NCBI GenBank assembly: GCA_031379725.1
Contig: JANNFJ010000380.1
Span: 1-60,356, forward strand
Source of the DNA: Calothrix sp. OTE_75_metabat_31
GTDB lineage: Bacteria > Cyanobacteriota > Cyanobacteriia > Cyanobacteriales > Nostocaceae
Direction: 5' to 3'
DNA length: 60,356 nucleotides
This document shows positions 1 through 8,495 of this stretch, in pieces. Below the pieces are notes generated by a model, which saw only the letters and a list, made by a program, of their open reading frames with translations, did not search any database and had not been told where the DNA came from. The first letter of the stretch is position 1; each line of letters starts with the position of its first letter. Both the position numbers and the translations under genes were made by a program.

Positions 1-1
1 A

Positions 2-490
2 ATCAGTCAAACCCAGATGAACCTGAAGTATCAGGAGATAAAAGCACCAACCAGCGGTACAGTATTTGAACTCAAGGCAAAATCTCCGGGGTTTGTGGCA
101 TCATCAACCGAACCAATATTGAAGATAGTCCCCAACGACAAGCTTGTAGCAAAAGTATTCATCACCAACAAGGATATTGGTTTCGTAAAAGAAGGGATGA
201 CGGTAGACGTGCGGATTGACTCGTTCCCGTTTAGTGAATTTGGCGATATCAAAGGTAAACTAGTATCGATTGGTTCGGACGCATTACCACCCGACCAAAT
301 TTATCCCTTTTACCGATTCCCTGCCAAAATCGAATTATCCAGTCAGCAGTTGTTGGTATCGGGAAGGAATATCCCGTTGCAGTCGGGAATGGGGGTTAAT
401 ACGAATATTAAAATACGCGATCGCACAGTGATGTCCATATTTGCCGATATGTTTAGTTCGAGTGTCGAAAGCTTGAAAAATGTAAGGTAA
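2..490 (+). CDS. HlyD-family periplasmic adaptor / membrane-fusion protein, C-terminal part (5' end outside window)
   Basis: The reading frame is open from the window edge, so the listed ORF 17..490 only starts at the first internal Met. The sequence IKAPTSGTVFELK...VKEGMTVDVRIDSFPFSEFG...GMGVNTNIKIRDRTV resembles the barrel/C-terminal segment of HlyD/DevB-type adaptors. A hairpin terminator follows. Confidence 0.7.
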   Translation: MSQTQMNLKYQEIKAPTSGTVFELKAKSPGFVASSTEPILKIVPNDKLVAKVFITNKDIGFVKEGMTVDVRIDSFPFSEFGDIKGKLVSIGSDALPPDQIYPFYRFPAKIELSSQQLLVSGRNIPLQSGMGVNTNIKIRDRTVMSIFADMFSSSVESLKNVR

Positions 491-529
491 TTTGATAAAT
501 ATCACGGTACTCCCACCAAATTATTGGTG

Positions 530-563
530 CTGGGAAATATTTGCTATTTCCCAGGTTTTGTTG
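530..563 (+). terminator. Rho-independent terminator after the HlyD-like gene
   Basis: Perfect 10-bp stem CTGGGAAATA / TATTTCCCAG (530-539 / 545-554) with a 5-nt loop, followed by GTTTTGTTG. Confidence 0.6.
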
Positions 564-1025
564 TAAGTACTAAATAATTGTGAACGAAGAAGAGGTTGAG
601 CCGACTATATGAGCGAGTGCGGTTCTGAGGGGCACCAGTATGCTTGATTTTAAAGTTATCAAGTTATCTATAATGAATGGTGTTACGTACTGCTCCAGTA
701 GCGAATTACCAAACACGAGTGCAGGATAACTGTTAAAGAGCCGTGCATTTCCGCGCAATGCAGCGCTCAATCAGCTCAACCTCAACTTGGCTGAAAAATA
801 ATCGCTAGGTCTACCTAACGAACTATGTAATTTATAATACTATATTATCCAGAAATTTTCGTTTATTTTTTGACTGTAAGTTCTTTCATAGGGCAACTAT
901 CCTGAACATGTTGTAGTATACTACCTTAGTAAAAGCGTACTATACTATATGCTGTTGTTGATTAAATCAGTGGGACTAAGGTGTGCGATCGCATTCAGAC
1001 TATGCAAAGAAAGGAGGGAATACTA

Positions 1026-1529
1026 ATGTCAAGTAGAGTCCCTGCCAAATTAGCAAAAGTATCTGTAAGCCTTCCGTTTGGGCTTGGTTCGGCAGAATGG
1101 ACATCCGACCCAACCGAACGGAAAGCGGCGTGGTCTTTATATGTTGAACTAGCGACTAGAATATCGCTGCAACCGTTGGAAGCAGAACTCGAACAAGGGT
1201 TACTCCGCGAAGCACTATTATCGCTGCATAGTTTGTTTAAAACGACACGCGATGTTCTTAAGGAAGCAGGACCATCTGTTGGGATAGCACCCTACTCGGT
1301 TGGTGGAATTGCGCTTGCTGTCCTCAATCGTGGGTTGCGTCCGTTTCTTTCCAAGTGGCATCCTTTATTACAAGCGTGGGAGACGCAGCGCCCACCACAT
1401 GTAAATCCTGTCGCGCACGAGAATAATTGGTGCGAGGAACCCCAACTGCGTAACGAACTGGAATTGTTGCGCCAAGAATTAGAGCAATATGCCTCAGTGC
1501 TGGCTGCGCTCGCAGGGGTTGAGGAGTAA
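1026..1529 (+). CDS. Hypothetical, predicted all-helical protein (167 aa from ATG 1026; the ORF track starts at GTG 981)
   Basis: AAGGAGGG at 1011-1018 lies about 8 nt before ATG 1026. The gene is convergent with the pAgo gene, with stops 11 nt apart. No family motif recognised. Confidence 0.5.
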   Translation: MSSRVPAKLAKVSVSLPFGLGSAEWTSDPTERKAAWSLYVELATRISLQPLEAELEQGLLREALLSLHSLFKTTRDVLKEAGPSVGIAPYSVGGIALAVLNRGLRPFLSKWHPLLQAWETQRPPHVNPVAHENNWCEEPQLRNELELLRQELEQYASVLAALAGVEE

Positions 1530-1540
1530 GCATTGGTAGT

Positions 1541-3136
1541 TCACATGTAGTAACGGTATTCGTATCGCATTGGTAGTTTGGAGGGTAACTCGGCAAGAAT
1601 GTGACCGACTCGTTGTGAAAAAGCGGTGGTTACGGGGTCGCTGCACGCAAAGTCGGCGGTGTTCCAGTTCATTTTAGTAAGCGCTAAGATTTCTCGCAAA
1701 ATCACATCCCAGGAACTGTCGCCGTGATGTTCGAGTATTTCGAGCGGATGAGGAACTCGCGGTCCGCAATAAGTGCGTTGGAATGGACTGTAACCGGAGG
1801 TATACAGTAGTAAATTTTCGGCACTGAATTTTATGTACGTGCCGCGAATTGGCGGGTAGTCGCCCAGTCGATAAAATTGAATCTGCCGCCAGCCGAGAGT
1901 AACAAAATCAACTTGGGAAATTGATTGGCACGCATCTTTGAATCCAGCCAATTCTTCTTGCCAATAGCGCGAGGTTTTATGGACAACAATGCGTCGGGGA
2001 AGGTTATCGCGGTTTTGTTTGCGGTACAAGTCAATCACATCTTGCATCAACGCAGCAGCAGATGTTTGGTCTAAGTGCGGCGAACGACCGTGTTTGGATG
2101 CATCCCACTCGAACGGATTTCCTCGCAAAACGTATCCATCACCTGCGGAGGTGAATGCCTGTGCCATTGAAGTGCGGATGCGGGGGTCGATTTCGGACAC
2201 CTCTTTATAAAAGGAAACACCAACGTAGCAAACACCAGGGTCGATATCTGCTAATCGCCAGGGAGTGCCGCCGGCTTTGTGGTAAAGTGCAGTGGAAAAA
2301 TTCCAAGCCCGCGTGGCAATATCCTGTAGTTTCCGTTTGTTAGATGCAGTTGCGGTATCGATAAGTTGCAAAGTACCCGGCCATACAAGCTGGGTGGGAA
2401 TTCCGTACTGCATTGCTTCAGCTTTTAGCCCCCGGCGCAGGTTTTGATGCCCGTTTTCGATGTCTTCGACACCCAGCGTTGGATTCATTTCTGGGAAAAG
2501 GGGTAATTGACCAAGTTGTACTGCTTTAAGACTTCGGCGTTCTGATTTGGTTAATTTGACGCGCTTGACTTCTCCTCCTTTTTTGACGCGCACCGTGCAA
2601 TAGTCGATGACGATTTGGGGAATGCAGCAGAGAATGACTTGCGGACGAGGTTCACGTTCGGCTAAAACCTCGATTGCTTGAATGTAGAGTTTGATAACCC
2701 GTTTTAGACGTTCGCAGAAATTATCAGCATCAATAGCTTCTTGGAATTTATCTTTTTTAATAGTTTCGCGCCAAGTCTCGCCAAAAATGAGTTCGCACTG
2801 GAATGGGAATTCTAAATTAAACCCTGGAAAGTGGGGGTAAAGAAAGGGTTCGCTGCCATCATTGGTTAACAGACCTTGGCAGCCACGCAACCATTGTTCG
2901 GCATCAGCAACCATATCGGGCAGACCAACAATACCAACGATGATGCTAGAGAGTGATGGTCGAGATTGTCCGACTAAGCTGTATGGTCCGTAGAGTGCCA
3001 ATCCTACTTTCGGGTCAATGTGTTCGTGCCGCCCACCAAATGTTATGAGAGGTTCGGAGATGATTCCCGATTCAAAATTTGGACTGCGTAAGCATGGTTT
3101 GTGGTTGCGAAGTTTAGATAATCCTTTATTATTCAT
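1541..3136 (-). CDS. Short prokaryotic Argonaute (MID-PIWI only, catalytically inactive), SPARTA-type partner
   Basis: 531 aa, too short to include N/PAZ domains. MID-like pocket segment HQNLRRGLKAEAMQYGIPTQ. Also YHKAGGTPWRL and LTKMNWNT. The PIWI core has substituted catalytic positions: CYVGVSFY where G-x-D is expected and RRIVVHKTS where R-D-G is expected. Overlaps the upstream TIR gene by 8 nt. Confidence 0.85.
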   Translation of the reverse strand: MNNKGLSKLRNHKPCLRSPNFESGIISEPLITFGGRHEHIDPKVGLALYGPYSLVGQSRPSLSSIIVGIVGLPDMVADAEQWLRGCQGLLTNDGSEPFLYPHFPGFNLEFPFQCELIFGETWRETIKKDKFQEAIDADNFCERLKRVIKLYIQAIEVLAEREPRPQVILCCIPQIVIDYCTVRVKKGGEVKRVKLTKSERRSLKAVQLGQLPLFPEMNPTLGVEDIENGHQNLRRGLKAEAMQYGIPTQLVWPGTLQLIDTATASNKRKLQDIATRAWNFSTALYHKAGGTPWRLADIDPGVCYVGVSFYKEVSEIDPRIRTSMAQAFTSAGDGYVLRGNPFEWDASKHGRSPHLDQTSAAALMQDVIDLYRKQNRDNLPRRIVVHKTSRYWQEELAGFKDACQSISQVDFVTLGWRQIQFYRLGDYPPIRGTYIKFSAENLLLYTSGYSPFQRTYCGPRVPHPLEILEHHGDSSWDVILREILALTKMNWNTADFACSDPVTTAFSQRVGHILAELPSKLPMRYEYRYYM

Positions 3137-4733
3137 CTTCTAAAAAATCTTCCTCGTCTGAATCGTCAAGTGTGAAGAAATCTTCTTCACCAGTAATATC
3201 AACGCTTGCATTGATAATGGCTTCTATGTCTTCCGTTGCTAATTCATCTTCCTCTTCTGCCAACAACCAAGCCGCTTGGTCTAACTCTTCCATCAAGTTT
3301 TTTCGGTCGTGTTCGATACCAAATGTTTGCTGTACGAACGCAGGTACAACTGATATTTCAATAGATTGTTCGCCAGCCCAAACTTGGATTATTTGCCCTA
3401 CTGATTTGGCTCGCAATACCGTTGCCCAGAAGCGAACGTGGTAAAGAACTTGTAAATTGCGTTCGACTCCCGTCCATTTGATAACGATTGAACCAACTTT
3501 AGGACCAGTTTTGATTTGAACGCCATCTTCTGTAAGCACCCAAGTAGGGACAATTTGCAGGTATAACTTGTTAGCGAGAAAGATAATTTTAAGGTATGCA
3601 CCTAAGTGCCGCCAGAATAGGATTTTCTCTTGTTGGTCGGTACTAGATTTGGTTTTAGTTTGCCCTTGTTTGTCGATGCATGGTTTGGCTACTGTTCGCT
3701 TGGCTTTCTTGCGATTGGGCATCCATGTAATTACGTTGGCATTACCATCTTTATTGGGTGGGAAGTAAAATCTACGTGATTTAATTTCATCAATGACTAA
3801 GCCAATTCGATGTGCGTGACGGTCTAAACACATATTGAGGAGAGAAATAACCAGCTTTCTGTCCTCTGCATCTGAAAGTAAGTCTGATGTGAGAATCGGG
3901 TCGATAGCAGTATCGTCAATAACAGCAGCAAATGGGCTTTCTGGTGATTGTAAATCGTGAAACGTAACGATTTGCCCCTCAAAAACCCGAAATGCAGGCA
4001 TGTATGGATTTTCTACTTCTGTTTCTAACTGCGCGGTACGGATAGCTTCTTTTAGTTCGGTTTTGGACGGAAATATAGGGCTTCCATCGGTTCGGGTATC
4101 AATTAATGTTTCGGCAATTGGGGCTACATATACGTATTGCGGCAGACGTTCGATAGGTAAGAGGTTACAGTACAATTTTTCCGAAATTGTATCGGGGTCG
4201 CCTTGGATGACGGCACGTTCAGCAATTAAGCTGCTGCGTTCTATTTTTCCTCCAACAGTAATTAGTTGCCCGCGATTTGCGATCGGTCGGGGAAGAGGTT
4301 CGTCGCGCAATATTACAATAAGTTCTTTCAGCCCGCGCTCGTAATTTTTCTCGCGCAAATCAATTGCTTTGAGATGGCGTAGAAGATAGGGAATATAAGG
4401 GCAATCGGCACCAAGGATGGGAATAATGCGTGCTTTGCGATTGTCTGGGTCGTTGTGTAGTGTGGCGTGCCATTCAGCTTCCGTCCATCCGCTTTCGCTA
4501 TTGAAGTAGTCCGGGGTCATGATTAATCCGAAAAAACGGCTTTTTTCCAAGCCATCGTTGACCATGCCAGTTATGCTTTGTCCGGCACGAATTTCTGCTT
4601 CATCTAACCAAGTTAAAAGGTTGCGCCCTTGGAAGGATATAGCTTCGATATCTGCGGCGAGTAGACGTACAAAATCTTTGTTTGTAGAGCGGTGCGAAAG
4701 AAAAATATCGCGTTGATTGTCTGGAATTGTCAT
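3129..4733 (-). CDS. TIR-APAZ protein (TIR NADase effector fused to an APAZ-like domain), SPARTA-type
   Basis: From ATG 4733 the product begins MTIPDNQRDIFLSHRSTNKDFV...FFGLIMTPDYFNSESGWTEAEW, which is a TIR fold with a candidate catalytic Glu. About 350 aa of non-TIR sequence follow, then a DE-rich tail. The ORF track start at 4811 is a TTG adding 26 unconserved-looking residues. The stop overlaps the pAgo start (ATGAATAA). Confidence 0.8.
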   Translation of the reverse strand: MTIPDNQRDIFLSHRSTNKDFVRLLAADIEAISFQGRNLLTWLDEAEIRAGQSITGMVNDGLEKSRFFGLIMTPDYFNSESGWTEAEWHATLHNDPDNRKARIIPILGADCPYIPYLLRHLKAIDLREKNYERGLKELIVILRDEPLPRPIANRGQLITVGGKIERSSLIAERAVIQGDPDTISEKLYCNLLPIERLPQYVYVAPIAETLIDTRTDGSPIFPSKTELKEAIRTAQLETEVENPYMPAFRVFEGQIVTFHDLQSPESPFAAVIDDTAIDPILTSDLLSDAEDRKLVISLLNMCLDRHAHRIGLVIDEIKSRRFYFPPNKDGNANVITWMPNRKKAKRTVAKPCIDKQGQTKTKSSTDQQEKILFWRHLGAYLKIIFLANKLYLQIVPTWVLTEDGVQIKTGPKVGSIVIKWTGVERNLQVLYHVRFWATVLRAKSVGQIIQVWAGEQSIEISVVPAFVQQTFGIEHDRKNLMEELDQAAWLLAEEEDELATEDIEAIINASVDITGEEDFFTLDDSDEEDFLEDE

Positions 4734-5136
4734 TATTAAATCAAATTTTACTGACTTGTGGGAAGTTAATTGATATTCGACAAAAAAGCACGCACCCTGA
4801 AAATTCACCAAATAACTGACAAGAAATACCAGTCATTATTTTAACATTTGCAATAATGCAATTGTACTAACTTATCAAAAGGTAGCAAAAATTTTTGATT
4901 TTGTGTGTATATTACGGAGAAAAAACTTCTAAGTCTTAGGTAATAAGCTTTATATAAATATACAAAAGTTGGTTTCTTGTAATTTTGTTACTCTATTATT
5001 TTTACGGGTAAATAAAATAATGACAACGTAACAATAAGGGTTTCAGGCATTTAAATACTCGTTTATGCTTCCAGACCCTGACAACTTTTGGGTTTGGTTA
5101 CACAATTTTTCGCTCTCCTATTTCAGTGGTAAAGTT

Positions 5137-5345
5137 TTACACTAAATCCGCCAAAACGTCAGATATTTCACGCTGTAGTTTCTGCCGCTGCCGATTGTCA
5201 TCATATTTTCTAATGGTGTCAATCGAGGCGTGTCGGAATCGCGTTCTGCACCACAGGGGTAGTTCCCATTGCTGCGATCCAACGCCGTCGTTATCAAACT
5301 GTGCCTAATCCTATGCGATATCGCCCACAAAAGCTTACTGGTCAT
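5137..5345 (-). pseudogene. Remnant of a tyrosine recombinase C-terminus (N-terminally truncated and frameshifted)
   Basis: One frame reads ...WAISHRIRHSLITTALDRSNGNY (the H-x-x-R-H box). A second frame continues RFRHASIDTIRKYDDNRQRQKLQREISDVLADLV-stop (the x-H...T...Y catalytic-Tyr segment). No upstream catalytic-domain sequence is present. Confidence 0.5.
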
Positions 5346-5497
5346 GACAACAAATCATTTAAAGCACAATACCACTAATATACATTTATAAAATATATAA
5401 AATACTACTTTTGTACAAAAGTGCAATTGTATTAATTCACTATAGATTAAATGTATAGTAGTATATTTATGCTTATGTACACTTGTGCTTTAGTACA

Positions 5498-6355
5498 ATG
5501 CAACAATTACACATACCCACAATTGTGACATTGGGATTAGCAGGGGGGCAGGGAAAGTCTACCGTTGCCCTCATGCTTGGTCGCTATCTCGGACGGTTGG
5601 GTATTCCCGTGTTATTCGTAGATGCCGACCCCCAATCTAGCTTGACCAGTTTTCTTGGTGTGAATGTTCAGCCGAATACTCCCACACTGCTGGAAGTAAT
5701 TACACAAAGTGAGGATAAGACGCACATTGTAGACGCCATCGCACCAGTACCGAACGTACAATTGTCCAATTGTACAATTGATAACTCTAACTTGTTTTTG
5801 ATACCCTCGGACGATGGTTTGGAGAATGCCAACTACAAACTAGCATCAAGCGGGATTAGCTTGTTTATATTGAGAAATCGCTTGCAACCAATCGCTAGTA
5901 ACTTTGGGGTGATTATCGTCGATCCTCCACCAGAGCGATCGCACTTAGCGCAAACTTCCCTCGGTGCTGGTGATAAGTGGATTATTCCCGCAGAAGCTAA
6001 CGTTAAGGGGGTGCAATCTCTTGTTCGTACCCTCGACTTGGTAAAAGAATTTCAGTCAGCATTACCCAATGGTGAGCTGATGGGAGTGGTTCCTTTTCGT
6101 GCCAAATGGACGGGTGTTAATCCAACCATTGCAACCAAAACTAGCATCGAAGCAATGTCCGAAATCGTTGGTAAGGACTTAATGCTGCCCCACTTACTCG
6201 AATCGGATGTCTACAAAAACGCAATCAATCAGCGGGTATCACCAAGCGATTTAGGGCAACCGGGATTGGAATATTCTATTCAAGTGCTAGCACAAAAACT
6301 TAAACCAGCATTACCCGAAAAGTACGCTTTCTTGATCCCAAGCGAAATTCTGTAG
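5498..6355 (+). CDS. parA: ParA/Soj-family partition ATPase
   Basis: Deviant Walker A LGLAGGQGKSTVA, then VLFVDADPQSSLT and IIVDPPP, which are typical ParA motifs. ATG 5498 is preferred over the TTG at 5483. Confidence 0.85.
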   Translation: MQQLHIPTIVTLGLAGGQGKSTVALMLGRYLGRLGIPVLFVDADPQSSLTSFLGVNVQPNTPTLLEVITQSEDKTHIVDAIAPVPNVQLSNCTIDNSNLFLIPSDDGLENANYKLASSGISLFILRNRLQPIASNFGVIIVDPPPERSHLAQTSLGAGDKWIIPAEANVKGVQSLVRTLDLVKEFQSALPNGELMGVVPFRAKWTGVNPTIATKTSIEAMSEIVGKDLMLPHLLESDVYKNAINQRVSPSDLGQPGLEYSIQVLAQKLKPALPEKYAFLIPSEIL

Positions 6356-6422
6356 CTTACACGCAATTGATTGTTGAAGTTTGAATGTCATAAATATTAC
6401 ACTTTACTCAATGGAGGTGCCA

Positions 6423-6839
6423 ATGGGCATATTAGACGAAATTCGCAATCGCAACACACAACCAACTGTTCCAGAACGCGATGATGTGTTGCAAACAGCT
6501 ACCGTTACCGATACGACAACACCACAAATCGAACAACCAATCGAAGTATCGGAACTTAGACGGTTGGAAGAATTATTAGCACAATCCCCAGAAATTGCTG
6601 CTCGTATACCCGTAAGGTTGGAGACTCCCATCAAAGACGAACTCGACGAATTGTGTAACCGCGAAAAAATCACCATCGAAACATTACTCGAAGCATTCTA
6701 CGTAACCTGTAAGGACAAAGAATCCATGATGAAACAAGTTACTATTGAAGCTAAAAAGCGGTTGAAAAGCCGGAAGGATGCGGGTAATATACGCTCTAGC
6801 TTAACTAAGCTCAACAATTTAACTACTCGTAAAAAATAG
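6423..6839 (+). CDS. Small charged protein downstream of parA; candidate centromere-binding partner (function unproven)
   Basis: GGAGG lies 5 nt upstream of ATG 6423, which is 67 nt after the parA stop. The product is 138 aa with an acidic N-half and a basic C-terminal tail (KKRLKSRKDAGN...TTRKK). No motif recognised. Confidence 0.45.
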   Translation: MGILDEIRNRNTQPTVPERDDVLQTATVTDTTTPQIEQPIEVSELRRLEELLAQSPEIAARIPVRLETPIKDELDELCNREKITIETLLEAFYVTCKDKESMMKQVTIEAKKRLKSRKDAGNIRSSLTKLNNLTTRKK

Positions 6840-6899
6840 CAACACGATGACCGCACAAACGCGGGCATCAACCAACATTCATAACAATGCTCGTAATAC

Positions 6900-8033
6900 C
6901 TACCTACAAGCATTCCCCTCAACACCCAAGATTGCTTCCAATTGGGATAATATTGGTTCCAACTTATCGCGCAACTCAGGATTATCCCATGCCTTGCTTT
7001 TTTTAAAATTATTGTATGCATCCTCCATGCGGGTTTGCAATTGAGCTTTTTGGGGAGCGGGATTGTATTTCTTAACTTCGGCGCGTATTTCCTTTAAACT
7101 CATATCGTATTCGATAGCATTTGCAAGCAATTCAGCCCTATCGTCATCCGATTTTACTTTGGCAATTTCAAGAGCTTTCGTATACTCAATTTTTCCCGCA
7201 CGCAGTACGGATAAAACATCTTCTTGCAAATCCAACAAAGGTAATCGCGTGCGAATAAACGATTGCCAATTTATTTTACCCAACTCATTAAAAACTTCAA
7301 AGACAACAAAAGCATCTTTACTACCCAAAACATTTCTGGTAATTTTATTTTTGCTAGCATTATCCATTTTGTAGAGTAACGCTGTCACTTTATCGAGCGA
7401 ACAAGACAACCGCAACGTCAACAATTGTAAAATTGCTTCTGCTTCATCAAGTGCGTTCAAATCCTCGCGTAATAGATTTTCAGTTAAAGCATATTGGGTT
7501 GCTTCACTGTCAGAAATTGCCAAAACATTAACAAGTATGGATGTTAAACCAACATTTTTAGCAGCTTTTAATCTTCTTTCCCCAGCAACCAACTCGTAAT
7601 TACCATCTGGCAAAGGACGCACCAATACTGGTTGCAGAATACCCGAACTGCGTACCGACTCGGTTAAAGAATCCATTTTATCTTTGTCGAAATAGCGTCG
7701 CGGCTGACTTAAAGGTAAAACAATCTGGGAGATCGGTAATAAATTGGGGTTAAAAGCAGTATGTTCGGATTGCACTCCATCACTACTTGTAGTAACTGCG
7801 ACATCAATAGCATCAATTTGTTTATCCTCATTCTCCAGTGACACTGCTACATCCGCAGTGTCTTGTTGCGGACTTTCATACACCACCGACTCAGACGAAT
7901 CGACTAATTCAAAATCATTTTTATCCACAGATAGAATTGATTTTTTACTACTAGCAGTACTTGATTTTTGGCTGCCAGTCTGAGTTTTTGACGTGCTAGC
8001 AGTCGTTACGCGCGGTATAGAGGTACGAGCCAT
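6900..8033 (-). CDS. ParB/Spo0J N-terminal-domain protein with a long S/T/D-rich N-terminal extension
   Basis: GILQPVLVRPLPDGNYELVAGERRLKAAKNVGL followed by ALTENLLREDLNALDEAEA are ParB-box motifs. The first ~110 aa are low-complexity. Confidence 0.8.
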   Translation of the reverse strand: MARTSIPRVTTASTSKTQTGSQKSSTASSKKSILSVDKNDFELVDSSESVVYESPQQDTADVAVSLENEDKQIDAIDVAVTTSSDGVQSEHTAFNPNLLPISQIVLPLSQPRRYFDKDKMDSLTESVRSSGILQPVLVRPLPDGNYELVAGERRLKAAKNVGLTSILVNVLAISDSEATQYALTENLLREDLNALDEAEAILQLLTLRLSCSLDKVTALLYKMDNASKNKITRNVLGSKDAFVVFEVFNELGKINWQSFIRTRLPLLDLQEDVLSVLRAGKIEYTKALEIAKVKSDDDRAELLANAIEYDMSLKEIRAEVKKYNPAPQKAQLQTRMEDAYNNFKKSKAWDNPELRDKLEPILSQLEAILGVEGNACR

Positions 8034-8495
8034 ATGTTGATTATTGCCCCGTTATGAGAGAAAAAATTTTGTTATTAACTATCTTCATAACACAGAATTA
8101 ATAGCATAAAAGTCGAGTTTCACTCTTTACATCATTATCATCCACTTAAAAGCCATTCAACTCGTGCCTAACACGCGCGGAAATTAAGGCATGAATGTTA
8201 CAGCACGCTCATACCAAAAAACCGTGTATTTGCAGAGGATGCACTTACCTCTAACCCCTAGAAACAACAGTATCTTTCATCACATACCTCAAGAGCCAAC
8301 GATTATCGCATCCTTATGGAAATTGCCAGCATTGCAATATAAATTCATATTACGTATGAGTTGATAAAAACTTTACCAGTATGAGTTCGCCTTTATGAAT
8401 TAATATTAATGGATAAATAAATGTCCGGGAACGGTGTTTATCGGTCATAATTGAATATGTGCAATGCATAGTTAGTTTTATTGAGGCGCAAAGTG

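Noticed and set aside
570-770. 66-aa minus-strand ORF downstream of the HlyD-like gene.
   Set aside because: It has no RBS and an implausible composition. It overlaps the segment bounded by the long-range inverted repeat, so it is treated as non-coding.
1324-4716. Antisense or alternative-frame ORFs inside the SPARTA genes and the 981-1529 gene (1324..1596, 1831..2034, 1989..2210, 2155..2343, 3172..3444, 3398..3601, 3568..3768, 4000..4344, 4519..4716).
   Set aside because: They overlap much longer ORFs that carry clear TIR/PIWI motifs, and they have no motifs of their own.
4734-4811. N-terminal extension of the TIR-APAZ ORF from TTG 4811 (MVNFQGACFFVEYQLTSHKSVKFDLI).
   Set aside because: TIR domains normally begin within a few residues of the start, and the TIR beta-A strand (DIFLSH) follows ATG 4733 directly. 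The extension is hydrophobic and odd. The ATG start is preferred, though not proven.
5126-5308. 60-aa + strand ORF.
   Set aside because: It is antisense to the recombinase remnant, whose translation carries recognisable HxxRH and YDDNR segments. No support of its own.
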